From NCBI GenBank assembly GCA_044224495.1, contig JBGAKG010000005.1, positions 300,711 through 364,710 on the forward strand: a DNA stretch of 64,000 nt, given 5' to 3'. Shown one piece after another: positions 55,361 through 64,000 of this stretch. Positions within the stretch are counted from its first letter, which is position 1; each line of letters begins with the position of its first letter. Below the pieces are notes generated by a model. It made no database searches, had not been told where the DNA came from, and saw nothing but the letters and a program-made list of their open reading frames with translations. The translations under genes and the position numbers were made by a program. This stretch comes from Polyangiaceae bacterium. Lineage in GTDB: Bacteria > Myxococcota_A > Polyangia > Polyangiales > Polyangiaceae.

Positions 55361-58300
55361 ATGCATTCTGCACGGAATCGACTGGCGCTCGCCGCGACGA
55401 TCGCAGGGGTCAGCCTCGCGGCGTCGTGCACCGACGTGGCTCCCGACGGGCTCTACGCCACGCCACCCGGCGACGGTCCCACCGTCGTCTTCGACGTCGC
55501 GCGCCGGCCGCTCCCCGAGATCCCGGCGCCGAACGACGTCGCCACCTTCCCCGATCCCACGAGCCGCACCGGCCGCCGCATCAACGTGAGCCTGGTCGCG
55601 CCGAGCGAGCTCGAGCGCTCCGCGCGCGAAGGCTTTGCCGAGATGGAGGGCTGGGGCACGTTCGCGCCGATCAGCGTCGCCTTCGCGCCGGGCGCCGGCG
55701 CCGACCCGCGCGACGCCGCGATCGACCTCGACAAGGTCCGCCGGACGATGCAGACGGACCAGTGGGACACGAGCGACGACCCCGTCTACCTCATCAACCT
55801 GACGACCGGCGTCCCCGTCCTGCTCGACATGGGCGCGGGGAACTTCCCCACGTCGATCCGTGATCGTGATCGCTACTACGCGAACGATCCGCGCGCCGCC
55901 GAGAACACCACGCTGTTCGAGACGGTGGAGGAAGGCGCCGGCCTCTCGCAGACGGACTATCGCCCCGACCTGGACACCGACTTCGACGGCGTCCTCGATC
56001 ACCCGAACACGCTCCCGAAGCCCGGCGGCATCCCCGGCGTGGACGACGTGATGAACTGGTTCGAGCGCCAGACCAACACGCTCCTCCTGCGTCCCGTCCT
56101 GCCGATGGACGAGAAGACGGAGTACGCGGTCGTCCTCACCGATCGCCTGACCGACACGCGCGGGCGGCCGGTGCGTTCGCCCTTCCCCTTCGTGCACCAC
56201 CCGCAGCAGCGCGCCGCGGTCCTGCGCGTCCAGCAGATCCTCGGCGACGGTGCGCGGCGCAACTACTACGGGGACATCGGCGGCACGGGGCTCTCGCACG
56301 TCGCGTTCGCGTGGTCGTTCACCACGGGTCCGTCGACGGAGGATCTGCAGCTCCTGCGCGACGGTCTGCACGGCACCGGCCCCTTCGCGCGCCTCGCGAC
56401 CGACTACCCGCCGACCGCCACCGCGTTCCGCTCCGCCGGGCTGCTCCACGATCCGTCGCAGGACTCGCCGGCGTGGAAGCAGGACCCGAAGTGCGCGGCG
56501 GTGTCGCAGAAGCCCTTCATCGTGAAGGTGGATCAGGTCAAGGCGACGCTCTCGGACCTCATCACGCGCGTGTTCCCGCTGAGCGCGCCCGAAGGGCGTG
56601 CCTTGCTCGAGTCGCTCGACAGCGTCGATCACTTCGTGCTCGGCAGCTACCCGGTCGCGTACTTCGTCGGCGCCGATCCGACGCACGAGAACCCGTTCGA
56701 GCACTTCCACCTCAACTACCAGACCGGCGAAGGCCGCGTCGTCACCGACGTCGGGCACTTCTGGCTGTCGGTGCCGAAGGCGAAGGGCACGTTCAAGCAG
56801 CCGTTCGACACGGTGGTGTGGGGCCACGGCACCACGCTCAACGCGGCGGAGACGATCATCCGCGCCGGCTACTTCGCCAAGCAAGGCATCGCGACGTTCG
56901 GCTTCGACGGCCCCGGGCACGGGCTCGTGCTCGACCAGGGCCTCAAGGTCCTGGCCGAAGGGCTCCTCTACAACGCGTGCCTGGTCCCTTGGGTCGAAGG
57001 GCTGACGGCGGGGCGCGCGCACGACATCGACGGTGACGGCGAGCCCGACTCGGGCGGCCTCCTGTGGACCGCGCACATCTTCCACTCGCGCGACAACATC
57101 CGGCAGACGGTGCTCGACGGCCTCCAAGCGTCGCGCGTGCTGCGGTCGTTCGACGGGCGCTCGGGCCCGCAGGACTTCGACGACGACGGCAAGCCGGATC
57201 TGGCGGGCGACTTCGACGCCGACGGGATCCCCGACGTCGGCGGCAAGGACGCGCGCATCTTCAGCTCCGGCGACTCGTACGGTGGGATCTTCGCGCAGAT
57301 CCACGCCGCCATCGATCCGAACGTCACGGCAGGCGTCGCGATCTCGGGCGGCGGCGGTCTCACCGACATCGCCGCGCGCTCGTACGGCGTCGTCGACTCG
57401 GTCGTCGAGCAGACGATCACGCCGCTCGTCGTCGGCGTGCCGGCGAACACGCGCTCGACCGACAAGAAGCCCGAAGGCACGCTCTGCACGGCGGACCAGC
57501 GCTCGATTCGGCTCGTCGTGAACGACCTCACGAGCTCGCGCGAGATCGAGATCGCCTGCCTGGGCTCCACCGAGCTCGATGCGAGCAGCACGGTCGTCGT
57601 CCGCAACCTCGACAGCGGCGAAGTGCGCTGCGGCGGAACCACCACCGACGGCCGGTTCCGCGTGCCCGTCCCCGCGACGGCCGGCGATCGGCTCCGGGTC
57701 GAGGTCGCGCGCTCCGCCAACGCGGTGGAGTCGTACGGCACGTGCGTCTGGCGCGACGGGGTGACCCCGCAGCGCATGATCGCGACCTTCGAGCAGCCGG
57801 CCGCGGCGTACCGCAAGGTCGGAAACCCGGACGCCCAGTGCGACGCTGCGGCGGGGTGCCAGCAGTACCGGAACACGTTCTTCCCGGTCGGTTCGGTGCT
57901 CGTGGCGCCGCAGGGTGGGCTCGGCTTGCGGCGTCAGTCGCCGGAGCTGCGGCGGCTGCTCCAGCTCTCGCAGGCGGCGCTGGAGACCGGCGATCCGATC
58001 AACTTCGCGCCGCTCTACATGATGAAGCCGAATCGTATGCCGGACGGCAAAGCGGCGTCGCCGAAGGGCTTCATCGGCGCGAACACCGTCGCGGACGGGT
58101 TCGTCGTCGTCGCGACGGGGCACGCGTTCACGCGCGCGATGGGGGCGCTCCCCTTCCTGCCGCCGGCGCGCCTCTCGACGCTGCCCGACTACGCCGACTA
58201 CGCGACGCCGCCGAGCTTGTTCGCGGCGTTCGGGGGCAAGACGCCGAATCAGCTCCTGATCGAGAACTACGCGATCGAGGCCGTGGCGCGCTTCCGGCGG

Positions 58301-58789
58301 CGCCCGGCCGATGCGACGTGCGGACCGAACTACAAGGTCACGACGGAGTGCACCTCGAAGCCGGCGACGAACCCCGACGTGTGCGCGCAGACCGTCTACG
58401 ATCCCGATTGGCACTCGGAGGGCAAGAACCTGTTCGGGGCGCAGCACCCCGTCGCGCCGCTGCGGCTCGCGCGGCGCGCGAACGTGCACGTGAAGTCGCT
58501 CGAGGATCTCGAGGCGACGTGGGCGCCGCGGATCCTGGGAGCGCCGTTCGGGACGGACCTCGCGTATGCGCCGAAGGACCCGCTCGTCGGGCTGATGGAT
58601 GCGTACGTGGCGCCGCTCGGCGAGCACGTGTGGATCAACGAGAACCCGTGCAAGAACTGGGACGAGGCCGTTTACTACGACCACGTGACCGGCCGGTTCT
58701 TCGCGACGGGGGGAACGGACCTTTACTTCTTGTCACATCCCCAGACGCATCAGTGCTTGGAGGATCAGAGCTGTGACTTCTTGAAGTAG
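55361..58789 (+). CDS. large lipoprotein paralog (1142 aa) with GDSYGG motif
   Basis: Lipobox SLAASCT. Collinear with and about 50% identical to the previous gene. Confidence 0.7.
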   Translation: MHSARNRLALAATIAGVSLAASCTDVAPDGLYATPPGDGPTVVFDVARRPLPEIPAPNDVATFPDPTSRTGRRINVSLVAPSELERSAREGFAEMEGWGTFAPISVAFAPGAGADPRDAAIDLDKVRRTMQTDQWDTSDDPVYLINLTTGVPVLLDMGAGNFPTSIRDRDRYYANDPRAAENTTLFETVEEGAGLSQTDYRPDLDTDFDGVLDHPNTLPKPGGIPGVDDVMNWFERQTNTLLLRPVLPMDEKTEYAVVLTDRLTDTRGRPVRSPFPFVHHPQQRAAVLRVQQILGDGARRNYYGDIGGTGLSHVAFAWSFTTGPSTEDLQLLRDGLHGTGPFARLATDYPPTATAFRSAGLLHDPSQDSPAWKQDPKCAAVSQKPFIVKVDQVKATLSDLITRVFPLSAPEGRALLESLDSVDHFVLGSYPVAYFVGADPTHENPFEHFHLNYQTGEGRVVTDVGHFWLSVPKAKGTFKQPFDTVVWGHGTTLNAAETIIRAGYFAKQGIATFGFDGPGHGLVLDQGLKVLAEGLLYNACLVPWVEGLTAGRAHDIDGDGEPDSGGLLWTAHIFHSRDNIRQTVLDGLQASRVLRSFDGRSGPQDFDDDGKPDLAGDFDADGIPDVGGKDARIFSSGDSYGGIFAQIHAAIDPNVTAGVAISGGGGLTDIAARSYGVVDSVVEQTITPLVVGVPANTRSTDKKPEGTLCTADQRSIRLVVNDLTSSREIEIACLGSTELDASSTVVVRNLDSGEVRCGGTTTDGRFRVPVPATAGDRLRVEVARSANAVESYGTCVWRDGVTPQRMIATFEQPAAAYRKVGNPDAQCDAAAGCQQYRNTFFPVGSVLVAPQGGLGLRRQSPELRRLLQLSQAALETGDPINFAPLYMMKPNRMPDGKAASPKGFIGANTVADGFVVVATGHAFTRAMGALPFLPPARLSTLPDYADYATPPSLFAAFGGKTPNQLLIENYAIEAVARFRRRPADATCGPNYKVTTECTSKPATNPDVCAQTVYDPDWHSEGKNLFGAQHPVAPLRLARRANVHVKSLEDLEATWAPRILGAPFGTDLAYAPKDPLVGLMDAYVAPLGEHVWINENPCKNWDEAVYYDHVTGRFFATGGTDLYFLSHPQTHQCLEDQSCDFLK

Positions 58790-58804
58790 TCGCGGCCCGC
58801 GGGA

Positions 58805-58856
58805 CAGAAGAAAAAGACGAATCCGGAGTAGAGAACGGGAATGGGAACGGGAATGC
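58805..58856 (+). repeat. R2 repeat family copy b
   Basis: CAGAAGAAAAAGACGAATCCGGAGTAGAGAACGGGAATGGGAACGGGAATG. Forms an inverted pair with copy c. Confidence 0.55.
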
Positions 58857-58883
58857 CGGGGCTCCCGTGCTAGACCAAGCTCG

Positions 58884-59048
58884 TGACGCTCTACATCCTC
58901 GCCGCGCTCGGAATCTTCGTCGCCATGGGGCTCATGCGCATGACGTACCGCATGTCGCGGCGCGACCGGCATGAGGGCATCCGGTGGCGCGGCATCGATT
59001 GGAACCGCAACGAAGAAGAACGCGACGACTCGGACGACGAGCCGAGCT
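58884..59048 (+). CDS. small putative membrane protein between the inverted R2 copies
   Basis: GTG start. One TM helix (LYILAALGIFVAMGLM) followed by an acidic tail. Weak call. Confidence 0.3.
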
Positions 59049-59223
59049 GACCGTGAGGTACTTCGCGCTCGCGATCGGGCTCGGTGCAACGCTCGTGTGG
59101 AGGCTGCGCCGTCACGGCGACCGAACCCTCCAACCTCCTGGGGTCGGGCCTAGCGCTCACCCTTCTGCTCGCGCTGCGCATGCGTCGCCGCGCCTGAGCG
59201 CGTGTGTCGAGCTGACCCTCTCG

Positions 59224-59305
59224 AATTCCCGTTCCCGTTCCCACCCCTCCGGGTGCCACGAAGCGCGGCGTTCTCTACTCCGGATTCGTCTTTTTTCTTC
59301 TAGAG
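59224..59305 (-). repeat. R2 repeat family copy c (inverted, with about 35-bp insertion)
   Basis: Reverse complement reads CTAGAAGAAAAAAGACGAATCCGGAGTAGAGAACG...GGGAACGGGAACGGGAATTC. Confidence 0.55.
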
Positions 59306-60148
59306 AGATCCCATCGTCACGCACCGGAAGCCATACTTCTCGTGAACCGCGCCGGGCCGAACGAACCCAGCGATCCCAATGCCGCTCCCCTTCGCCACCT
59401 TGCCGGGGTCCTTGCCATCGTAGCCGCCCCAGAGCTGGCCGTTCAGGTAGAGCCGAATCTGGTTCCCGATCTTGGTCGCGCGCACGACGTCGCCGTCCTT
59501 CGGGATCGCCGAGATGCCCCCCACGTTCCCGATGACGGTGAAGTCGCTCGCCGCGCCGTCGAGGTAGACGACGTCCACGCCGCCCCCCGCGTTGAACAGG
59601 ACCTCGTTCCAGATCCGCGAGCCCGCCTTGCTCGAGCAGCCGAGGATCAGCTCGAGCTCGTGGTTCGACCCGTTGGCGTTCGGGTTGTAGCCCGGCTCCT
59701 TGTAGATGACGGCCTCGACGAACTGGTCACCGGCGAAGCCGGGCACGAACGCGAAGCTGTCGTCGTACTCGACGCCCCCGTGGGTATCGAGGGCGATGCG
59801 CGTCTTCCCGTCCGACGCGAGGCCCACGCGCATGCTCGTGAGGATGCCGGGCGCGCCGTTGCCGCCCGTGCCCTGCGTGTTGTTGGTCCACACGCCGCCC
59901 GCAGAGAGCGGGTTCTCGATCGCCGCCGTCGCGAAGTCGAGCGCGTAGACGTTGCCCGCGTCGGGCCGAGGGCACAGGCCGGTCGAAGCGTCGCCGAGCC
60001 CGGTCGGAGCATCGACGCGAGCGTCCGCGCCGGTCCCATCCGACACGCCGGCGCCATCGCCGACGGCCCCCGAGTCGGAGGGAGCCGCGACGTCGTCACC
60101 GCAACCCACGCAGAGGATGACGACGGGTACGAAGAAGCGGCGCAGCAC
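59300..60148 (-). CDS. hypothetical lipoprotein
   Basis: MLRRFFVPVVILCVGCGDD lipobox. 282 aa. Confidence 0.6.
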   Translation of the reverse strand: MLRRFFVPVVILCVGCGDDVAAPSDSGAVGDGAGVSDGTGADARVDAPTGLGDASTGLCPRPDAGNVYALDFATAAIENPLSAGGVWTNNTQGTGGNGAPGILTSMRVGLASDGKTRIALDTHGGVEYDDSFAFVPGFAGDQFVEAVIYKEPGYNPNANGSNHELELILGCSSKAGSRIWNEVLFNAGGGVDVVYLDGAASDFTVIGNVGGISAIPKDGDVVRATKIGNQIRLYLNGQLWGGYDGKDPGKVAKGSGIGIAGFVRPGAVHEKYGFRCVTMGSL

Positions 60149-60171
60149 GCCTCAGCGTACCGCGAGCACGC

Positions 60172-60705
60172 TCAGGGCACGAGGGCGAGCGCGACGGCCC
60201 GGTCGAACGCCTCGGCGAGGTTCGTCACGGTACGCGCGCTGGCGGGGAGCCCGCACGTCCCATCGCGCAGATCGTAATACGACGCCGCGCTGGAGCCGAC
60301 CCACGTGGTCGCCCACACCGACGCGCCGTCGCAACCAACGCTTCCATCGTGGAGCTCCACCGCACGCAGCGCATCGACGAGCGAAGCGCCTTCGGACGTG
60401 GAGAGCGTGCGCTTGCCATCGGCGCTGGTGGCTGCGCCGGCGCCCGCATCGATCGCAGGCGAGCACGTCCAATGCCACGCAAGCTCACGGCTCGCAGCGA
60501 CGTAGGTGATGCTGGCCTCGGACATGGCCTTCGACCCACAAGCCTGGGAGCCCGCCGAACCGCCGTCCGAGAGCCGCAACGCAGGCCCAGGCCCCACCAA
60601 CCGAAGCGAGAGCTCCACCTTCGTGACCTGCTCCGACCACATCGACCCGCCCGAAGAAGAGCAAGCCGCAACGAAGACCAAGAGCGCGCCAACGCGAACC
60701 TTCAT
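60172..60705 (-). CDS. hypothetical lipoprotein
   Basis: MKVRVGALLVFVAACSSS lipobox at the internal Met of ORF 60172..60756. Confidence 0.55.
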   Translation of the reverse strand: MKVRVGALLVFVAACSSSGGSMWSEQVTKVELSLRLVGPGPALRLSDGGSAGSQACGSKAMSEASITYVAASRELAWHWTCSPAIDAGAGAATSADGKRTLSTSEGASLVDALRAVELHDGSVGCDGASVWATTWVGSSAASYYDLRDGTCGLPASARTVTNLAEAFDRAVALALVP

Positions 60706-60811
60706 TCCCTCCAAGTCTGCAATGCCCATACCGCCGCGTCGACCCAAGATTCCCAAAGAAACGATCTGGGCGATGCGCCACTACGTGCCACCACCGATCC
60801 GCCACGCCGCC

Positions 60812-60925
60812 GCCCCCCGTCCTCGTGCCCGTGCTCGTCCTCGTGCCCGTCCTCGTGCCCGTGCTCGTCCTCATGCCCGTCCTCGTGCGCGTGCTCGTGC
60901 TCGTGCTCGTCCGCGCTCCCGTTCT
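60812..60925. repeat. hexanucleotide tandem repeat (CGTSCT)n, about 16 units, in a divergent intergenic region
   Basis: CCTCGTGCCCGTGCTCGTCCTCGTGCCCGTCCTCGTGCCCGTGCTCGTCCTCATGCCCGTCCTCGTGCGCGTGCTCGTGCTCGTGCTCGT. Confidence 0.7.
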
Positions 60926-60982
60926 CTATTCCGCGACCCCGTTCCCCTTCCGTGTTCCGTATTCCCTCCTTTTCTTCTAGGG
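60916..60982 (-). repeat. R2 repeat family copy d, immediately upstream of the biotin-domain gene
   Basis: Reverse complement reads CTAGAAGAAAAGGAGGGAATACGGAACACGGAAGGGGAACGGGGTCGCGGAATAGAGAACG. Ends 8 nt before ATG 60990. Confidence 0.55.
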
Positions 60983-60989
60983 TTCCGCC

Positions 60990-61496
60990 ATGCGCTACTT
61001 CGTCTCCCTCGACCCCGCATCTCCTCCCCTGGAGGTCGACGTCGAGGAGCTCCCGTCCGGCGCGCTCTCCGTCCGCGCGGGGGGCAAACCGATCGACGTC
61101 GACGTCGCGACGCTCCGCTCCGCCCTGAGCATCCGCGTCGGCGGCGCCATGGTCGACCTCACGACCGAGGGCAGCCCGCCCGAGCTCGGCGCCATCGCCA
61201 GCGGCCACCGCTCCTACGTCCGCGTCGAGAGCGAGCGCATGCGCTCCGCCAACGCTGCGCAGAAGGGCGGCGGCGGCGCGAGCGATCGCCTCATCAAGAG
61301 CCCGATGCCCGGCCGCGTCGTGAAGATCCTGGTCGCCCCCGGCGACGAGGTGGTGCCCGGCCAAGCCGTCGTCGTCGTCGAGGCGATGAAGATGGAAAAC
61401 GAGCTCAAGGCCAAGACCGGCGGCAAGGTCGGCGAGGTCCACGTCGCCGTCGGCGCCACCGTCGAGAGCGGCGCCAAGCTCGTCACCCTGAGCTGA
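60990..61496 (+). CDS. biotin/lipoyl attachment domain protein
   Basis: Biotinyl-lysine motif EAMKMENEL. Confidence 0.75.
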   Translation: MRYFVSLDPASPPLEVDVEELPSGALSVRAGGKPIDVDVATLRSALSIRVGGAMVDLTTEGSPPELGAIASGHRSYVRVESERMRSANAAQKGGGGASDRLIKSPMPGRVVKILVAPGDEVVPGQAVVVVEAMKMENELKAKTGGKVGEVHVAVGATVESGAKLVTLS

Positions 61497-61503
61497 GGGC
61501 GCG

Positions 61504-62538
61504 ATGCAGCTCCCGTCTCGCCTCCGGCTCGTCCACGGCCCGACGCCGATCGAGCAGCGCGCTGCGCTGTCGGCGCTCGTCGGCGTCGATCTCTGGATCA
61601 AGCGCGACGACGTGACCGGCGGCGCCGAGAGCGGCAACAAGGTCCGCAAGCTCGAGTGGCTCTTCGCAGCGGCGCTGGCCGAGGGCGCGACCCACGTCGT
61701 CACGTGCGGCGGCATCCAATCCAACCACGCGCGCGCGACCGCGCTCGTCGCCGCGCGCTTCGGGCTCGCGTGCACGCTGCTGCTCCGCGTGACTGACGGG
61801 AGCGAGACCGGGCCCGACGTCGACGCCCCGCTCGAGCGCCTCCCGAACACCGGCAACGTTCTCCTCGACCGTCTGGCGGGGGCGCAGATCCGCCTCATCT
61901 CGCCGAGCGACTACGCCGCGCGCCAGGCGTGCATGGCCAAGGTCGCCGCCGATCTCGCCTCGAACGGCGCGAAGCCCTACGTCATCCCCGAGGGCGGCTC
62001 GAACGGCCTCGGCTCGCTCGGCTACGTCGAGTGCATGCGAGAAGTTCGGGAGCAGCTCGACGCCGGCCTCGGCGGCGGGCGCCCCTACGATCTCGTCGTG
62101 CACGCGTGCGGCTCGGGCGGTACCGCCGCCGGGATCGCGCTCGGTTGCGCCGCCGCGTCCACCGCCGAAGCCGTGCGCGCGTTCGCCGTCTGCGACGACG
62201 CGGCGTACTTCGAGAAGCGCATCCGTGCCATCGCCGACGAAGCCCGCGCGTGGGACCCCGCCCTCCCCGCGCCCGCGCGCTTCACCGTCGACGATCGGGC
62301 GAAGGGGCCGCGCTACGGCGAGATGGAGCCGGCGCAGAAGAAGTTCCTCGCCGACGTCGCCCGCGCGAGCGGCTTGGTCCTCGATCCCGTCTACACCGGC
62401 AAGGCGCTCTTCGGCCTGCGCGCGGCCGTGCAGCGCGGCGACGTCGCGCGCGGTGCACGCGTTCTCTTCGTGCACACCGGCGGCTTGCCCGGGCTCCTCG
62501 CCGATGGCGCCGCGCTCCTCGAGGACGCCCGCGCATGA
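61504..62538 (+). CDS. PLP-dependent ACC deaminase / D-cysteine desulfhydrase family protein
   Basis: GNKVRKLE lysine motif and a GGxxSNH-like region. Confidence 0.8.
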   Translation: MQLPSRLRLVHGPTPIEQRAALSALVGVDLWIKRDDVTGGAESGNKVRKLEWLFAAALAEGATHVVTCGGIQSNHARATALVAARFGLACTLLLRVTDGSETGPDVDAPLERLPNTGNVLLDRLAGAQIRLISPSDYAARQACMAKVAADLASNGAKPYVIPEGGSNGLGSLGYVECMREVREQLDAGLGGGRPYDLVVHACGSGGTAAGIALGCAAASTAEAVRAFAVCDDAAYFEKRIRAIADEARAWDPALPAPARFTVDDRAKGPRYGEMEPAQKKFLADVARASGLVLDPVYTGKALFGLRAAVQRGDVARGARVLFVHTGGLPGLLADGAALLEDARA

Positions 62539-63311
62539 ACGCCAAGGCGCGCGTCGACGCCGGCGCGATCCTCCGCGAGCGCGCGCGCCTCGTCTTCTGG
62601 GGCGCGCTCGTCGTCGCTGCGATCCAGGGCGTCGGCGTGTTGCTCGCGCGGAACCACGTCGGGGCGGTCGTCCTCTCGCTGGTCATCGCGGAGTTCGGCT
62701 GCGGGCGCCTCGGCGTCGCGTGGTCGGACCCGAAGGAGCCCGAGCCCGCCGCGTCCGCGCTGGCGCGGCGCGCGGGGCGCGGCGCAGCGGTCGGTGCGAC
62801 GGCGGGGCTCGCGCTCTTGAGTGGGCTCTTGGCGCTCCACCAGGCGACGCTCACGGTGGACGCACCGTCCGTGTCCACGCTCTTCGTCGGTGCGCTGGTC
62901 GCGGTCTTCGGCGCGGCGCGTGACGAGCTCGTCTTCCGCGGGCTCCTCCTCCGCGTGCTGGGCCCGCGGGCGACGCTCCCGCAGAAGGTCGGAGCGGCGG
63001 CGCTCGCGGGCGCGGCCGGCGCTTGGGGAGCTGGCGCGGCGCCGCTCGCGATCGGCGCGGCAGCCATTCTGTCGGTCGGTCTCATGGCGCTGTGGCTGCG
63101 CGACCGCGGTGCGTGGCTCGCGGTCGGCGCGCACGGCGCGCTGGCGATCGTGCTGGGACCCCTCGCGACGGGCGGGCTCGCGGACGTTCGGATGAAGGGC
63201 GGCGCCGGGTTCGACGAGACGCCGCTCGCGCTGGTGGCGTTCGCGCTGTTCGCGGCGTTCGCGGTACGCTGGGTGCTGTCGCCGCCTCCCAAAGCGACGA
63301 CGACACGCTGA
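62535..63311 (+). CDS. CPBP-family (CAAX/Abi) intramembrane metalloprotease-like membrane protein
   Basis: EExxxR-type motif ELVFRGLLL. Polytopic. ATGA overlap with the previous gene. Confidence 0.55.
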   Translation: MNAKARVDAGAILRERARLVFWGALVVAAIQGVGVLLARNHVGAVVLSLVIAEFGCGRLGVAWSDPKEPEPAASALARRAGRGAAVGATAGLALLSGLLALHQATLTVDAPSVSTLFVGALVAVFGAARDELVFRGLLLRVLGPRATLPQKVGAAALAGAAGAWGAGAAPLAIGAAAILSVGLMALWLRDRGAWLAVGAHGALAIVLGPLATGGLADVRMKGGAGFDETPLALVAFALFAAFAVRWVLSPPPKATTTR

Positions 63312-63323
63312 CCGTCTCCCCGC

Positions 63324-64000
63324 GGAGGAACGCATGGCCATCGACGTCTGGATGCAGCACCCGACGCTCCATTTCCTTCGCCAGGACTTCCTCGCGTCCC
63401 TGATGCGGTGGACCGGGCAAGCCGTTCCGACGACGGAGATCCCGCTCGAGTTCACGCTCGCCGCGATGGATGCGGGCGGCGTCGAGCTCGGCATCCTCTC
63501 CGCCTGGCACGGTCCGCAAGGCGTCCTGCTCTCGAACGACGACGTCGCCGCCGCAGTGAGGTCTCACCCGCTGCGCCTCGCGGGTCTGGCCTCCGTCGAC
63601 CTCCTCCGCCCGATGGAGGCCGTGCGCGAGCTGCGGCGCGCCGTCAACGAGCTCGGGCTGGTGGGGCTCCGCATGCTCCCGTGGCTGTGGGGGCTCCCGC
63701 CGAACGACCGGCGCTACTACCCGCTCTATGCCGAGTGCGTGGAGCTCGGGATTCCGTTTTGTACCCAAGTGGGACACACGGGGCCGCTCCGCACCTCCGA
63801 GACGGGGCGCCCGATCCCCTACCTGGACGACGTCGCCCTCGATTTCCCCGAGCTCGTCATCGTCGCCGGTCACATCGGGTACCCATGGACCGAGGAGATG
63901 GTGGCGCTCGCGCGGAAGTACCCGAACGTCTACATCGACACGTCCGCGTACACCGTGCGCCGCTACCCGCCCGAGCTCGTGCGCTACCTGCAGAAGGACG
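63324..64000 (+). CDS. amidohydrolase-2 family protein, partial (runs off window)
   Basis: ATG at 63324 preceded by GGAGGAA. Open to the window end, with amidohydrolase-like AGHIGYPW. Confidence 0.55.

Noticed and set aside
46641-58684. Very long minus-strand ORFs (46641..48464, 49908..52847, 53010..55373, 55289..58684)
   Set aside because: Antisense to hutH and to the OMP and lipoprotein genes. Arg/Gly/Asp-dominated with no motifs; GC artefacts.
60702-61898. 398-aa minus-strand ORF containing HEDG/HEDE His-rich repeats
   Set aside because: The His-rich stretch is merely the translation of the hexanucleotide tandem repeat. The rest is antisense to the biotin-domain and PLP-enzyme genes.

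Overview
High-GC (about 70%) chromosomal window, probably from a myxobacterium-like deltaproteobacterium. It is gene-dense on both strands, and many long Arg-rich ORFs on the opposite strand of real genes are GC artefacts. Housekeeping and accessory genes include thiC, a Ser/Thr kinase fused to an FGE-sulfatase domain, a PP2C phosphatase, an M50 protease, lon, a DEAD-box helicase, two tandem di-heme cytochrome-c-peroxidase-like lipoproteins, hutH, a Sel1 lipoprotein, an outer-membrane barrel protein followed by two paralogous ~1150-aa lipoproteins with GxSxG motifs, and an operon pncB-pncA-nrtR(Nudix)-moxR-tsaB. The main finding is a ~9.8-kb site-specifically integrated element (about 4888..14703) in the 3' end of tRNA-Phe(GAA), bounded by a perfect 43-bp direct repeat of the tRNA 3' half. 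All its genes are on the + strand: small DNA-binding-like proteins, unknowns, an IF-1 (infA) paralog, a DnaB-like helicase followed by a CGTGGAA heptamer cluster (ori-like), a serine recombinase, TerS-like and TerL-like terminase genes, an Xis/AlpA-like HTH protein and a tyrosine integrase next to attR. Just outside attR lies a stand-alone IF3 N-terminal-domain gene at the end of a small operon. Other signals: a 1.6-kb complex repeat locus (GCATGC-rich palindromic units, long hairpin units and microsatellites) enclosing an orphan gene; a second ~60-bp repeat family (4 copies, two forming an inverted pair around small ORFs); a hexanucleotide tandem repeat in a divergent promoter; a 14-bp inverted repeat (candidate NrtR operator) upstream of pncB; and tRNA-Leu(TAA) directly abutting a lipoprotein gene with no canonical start.
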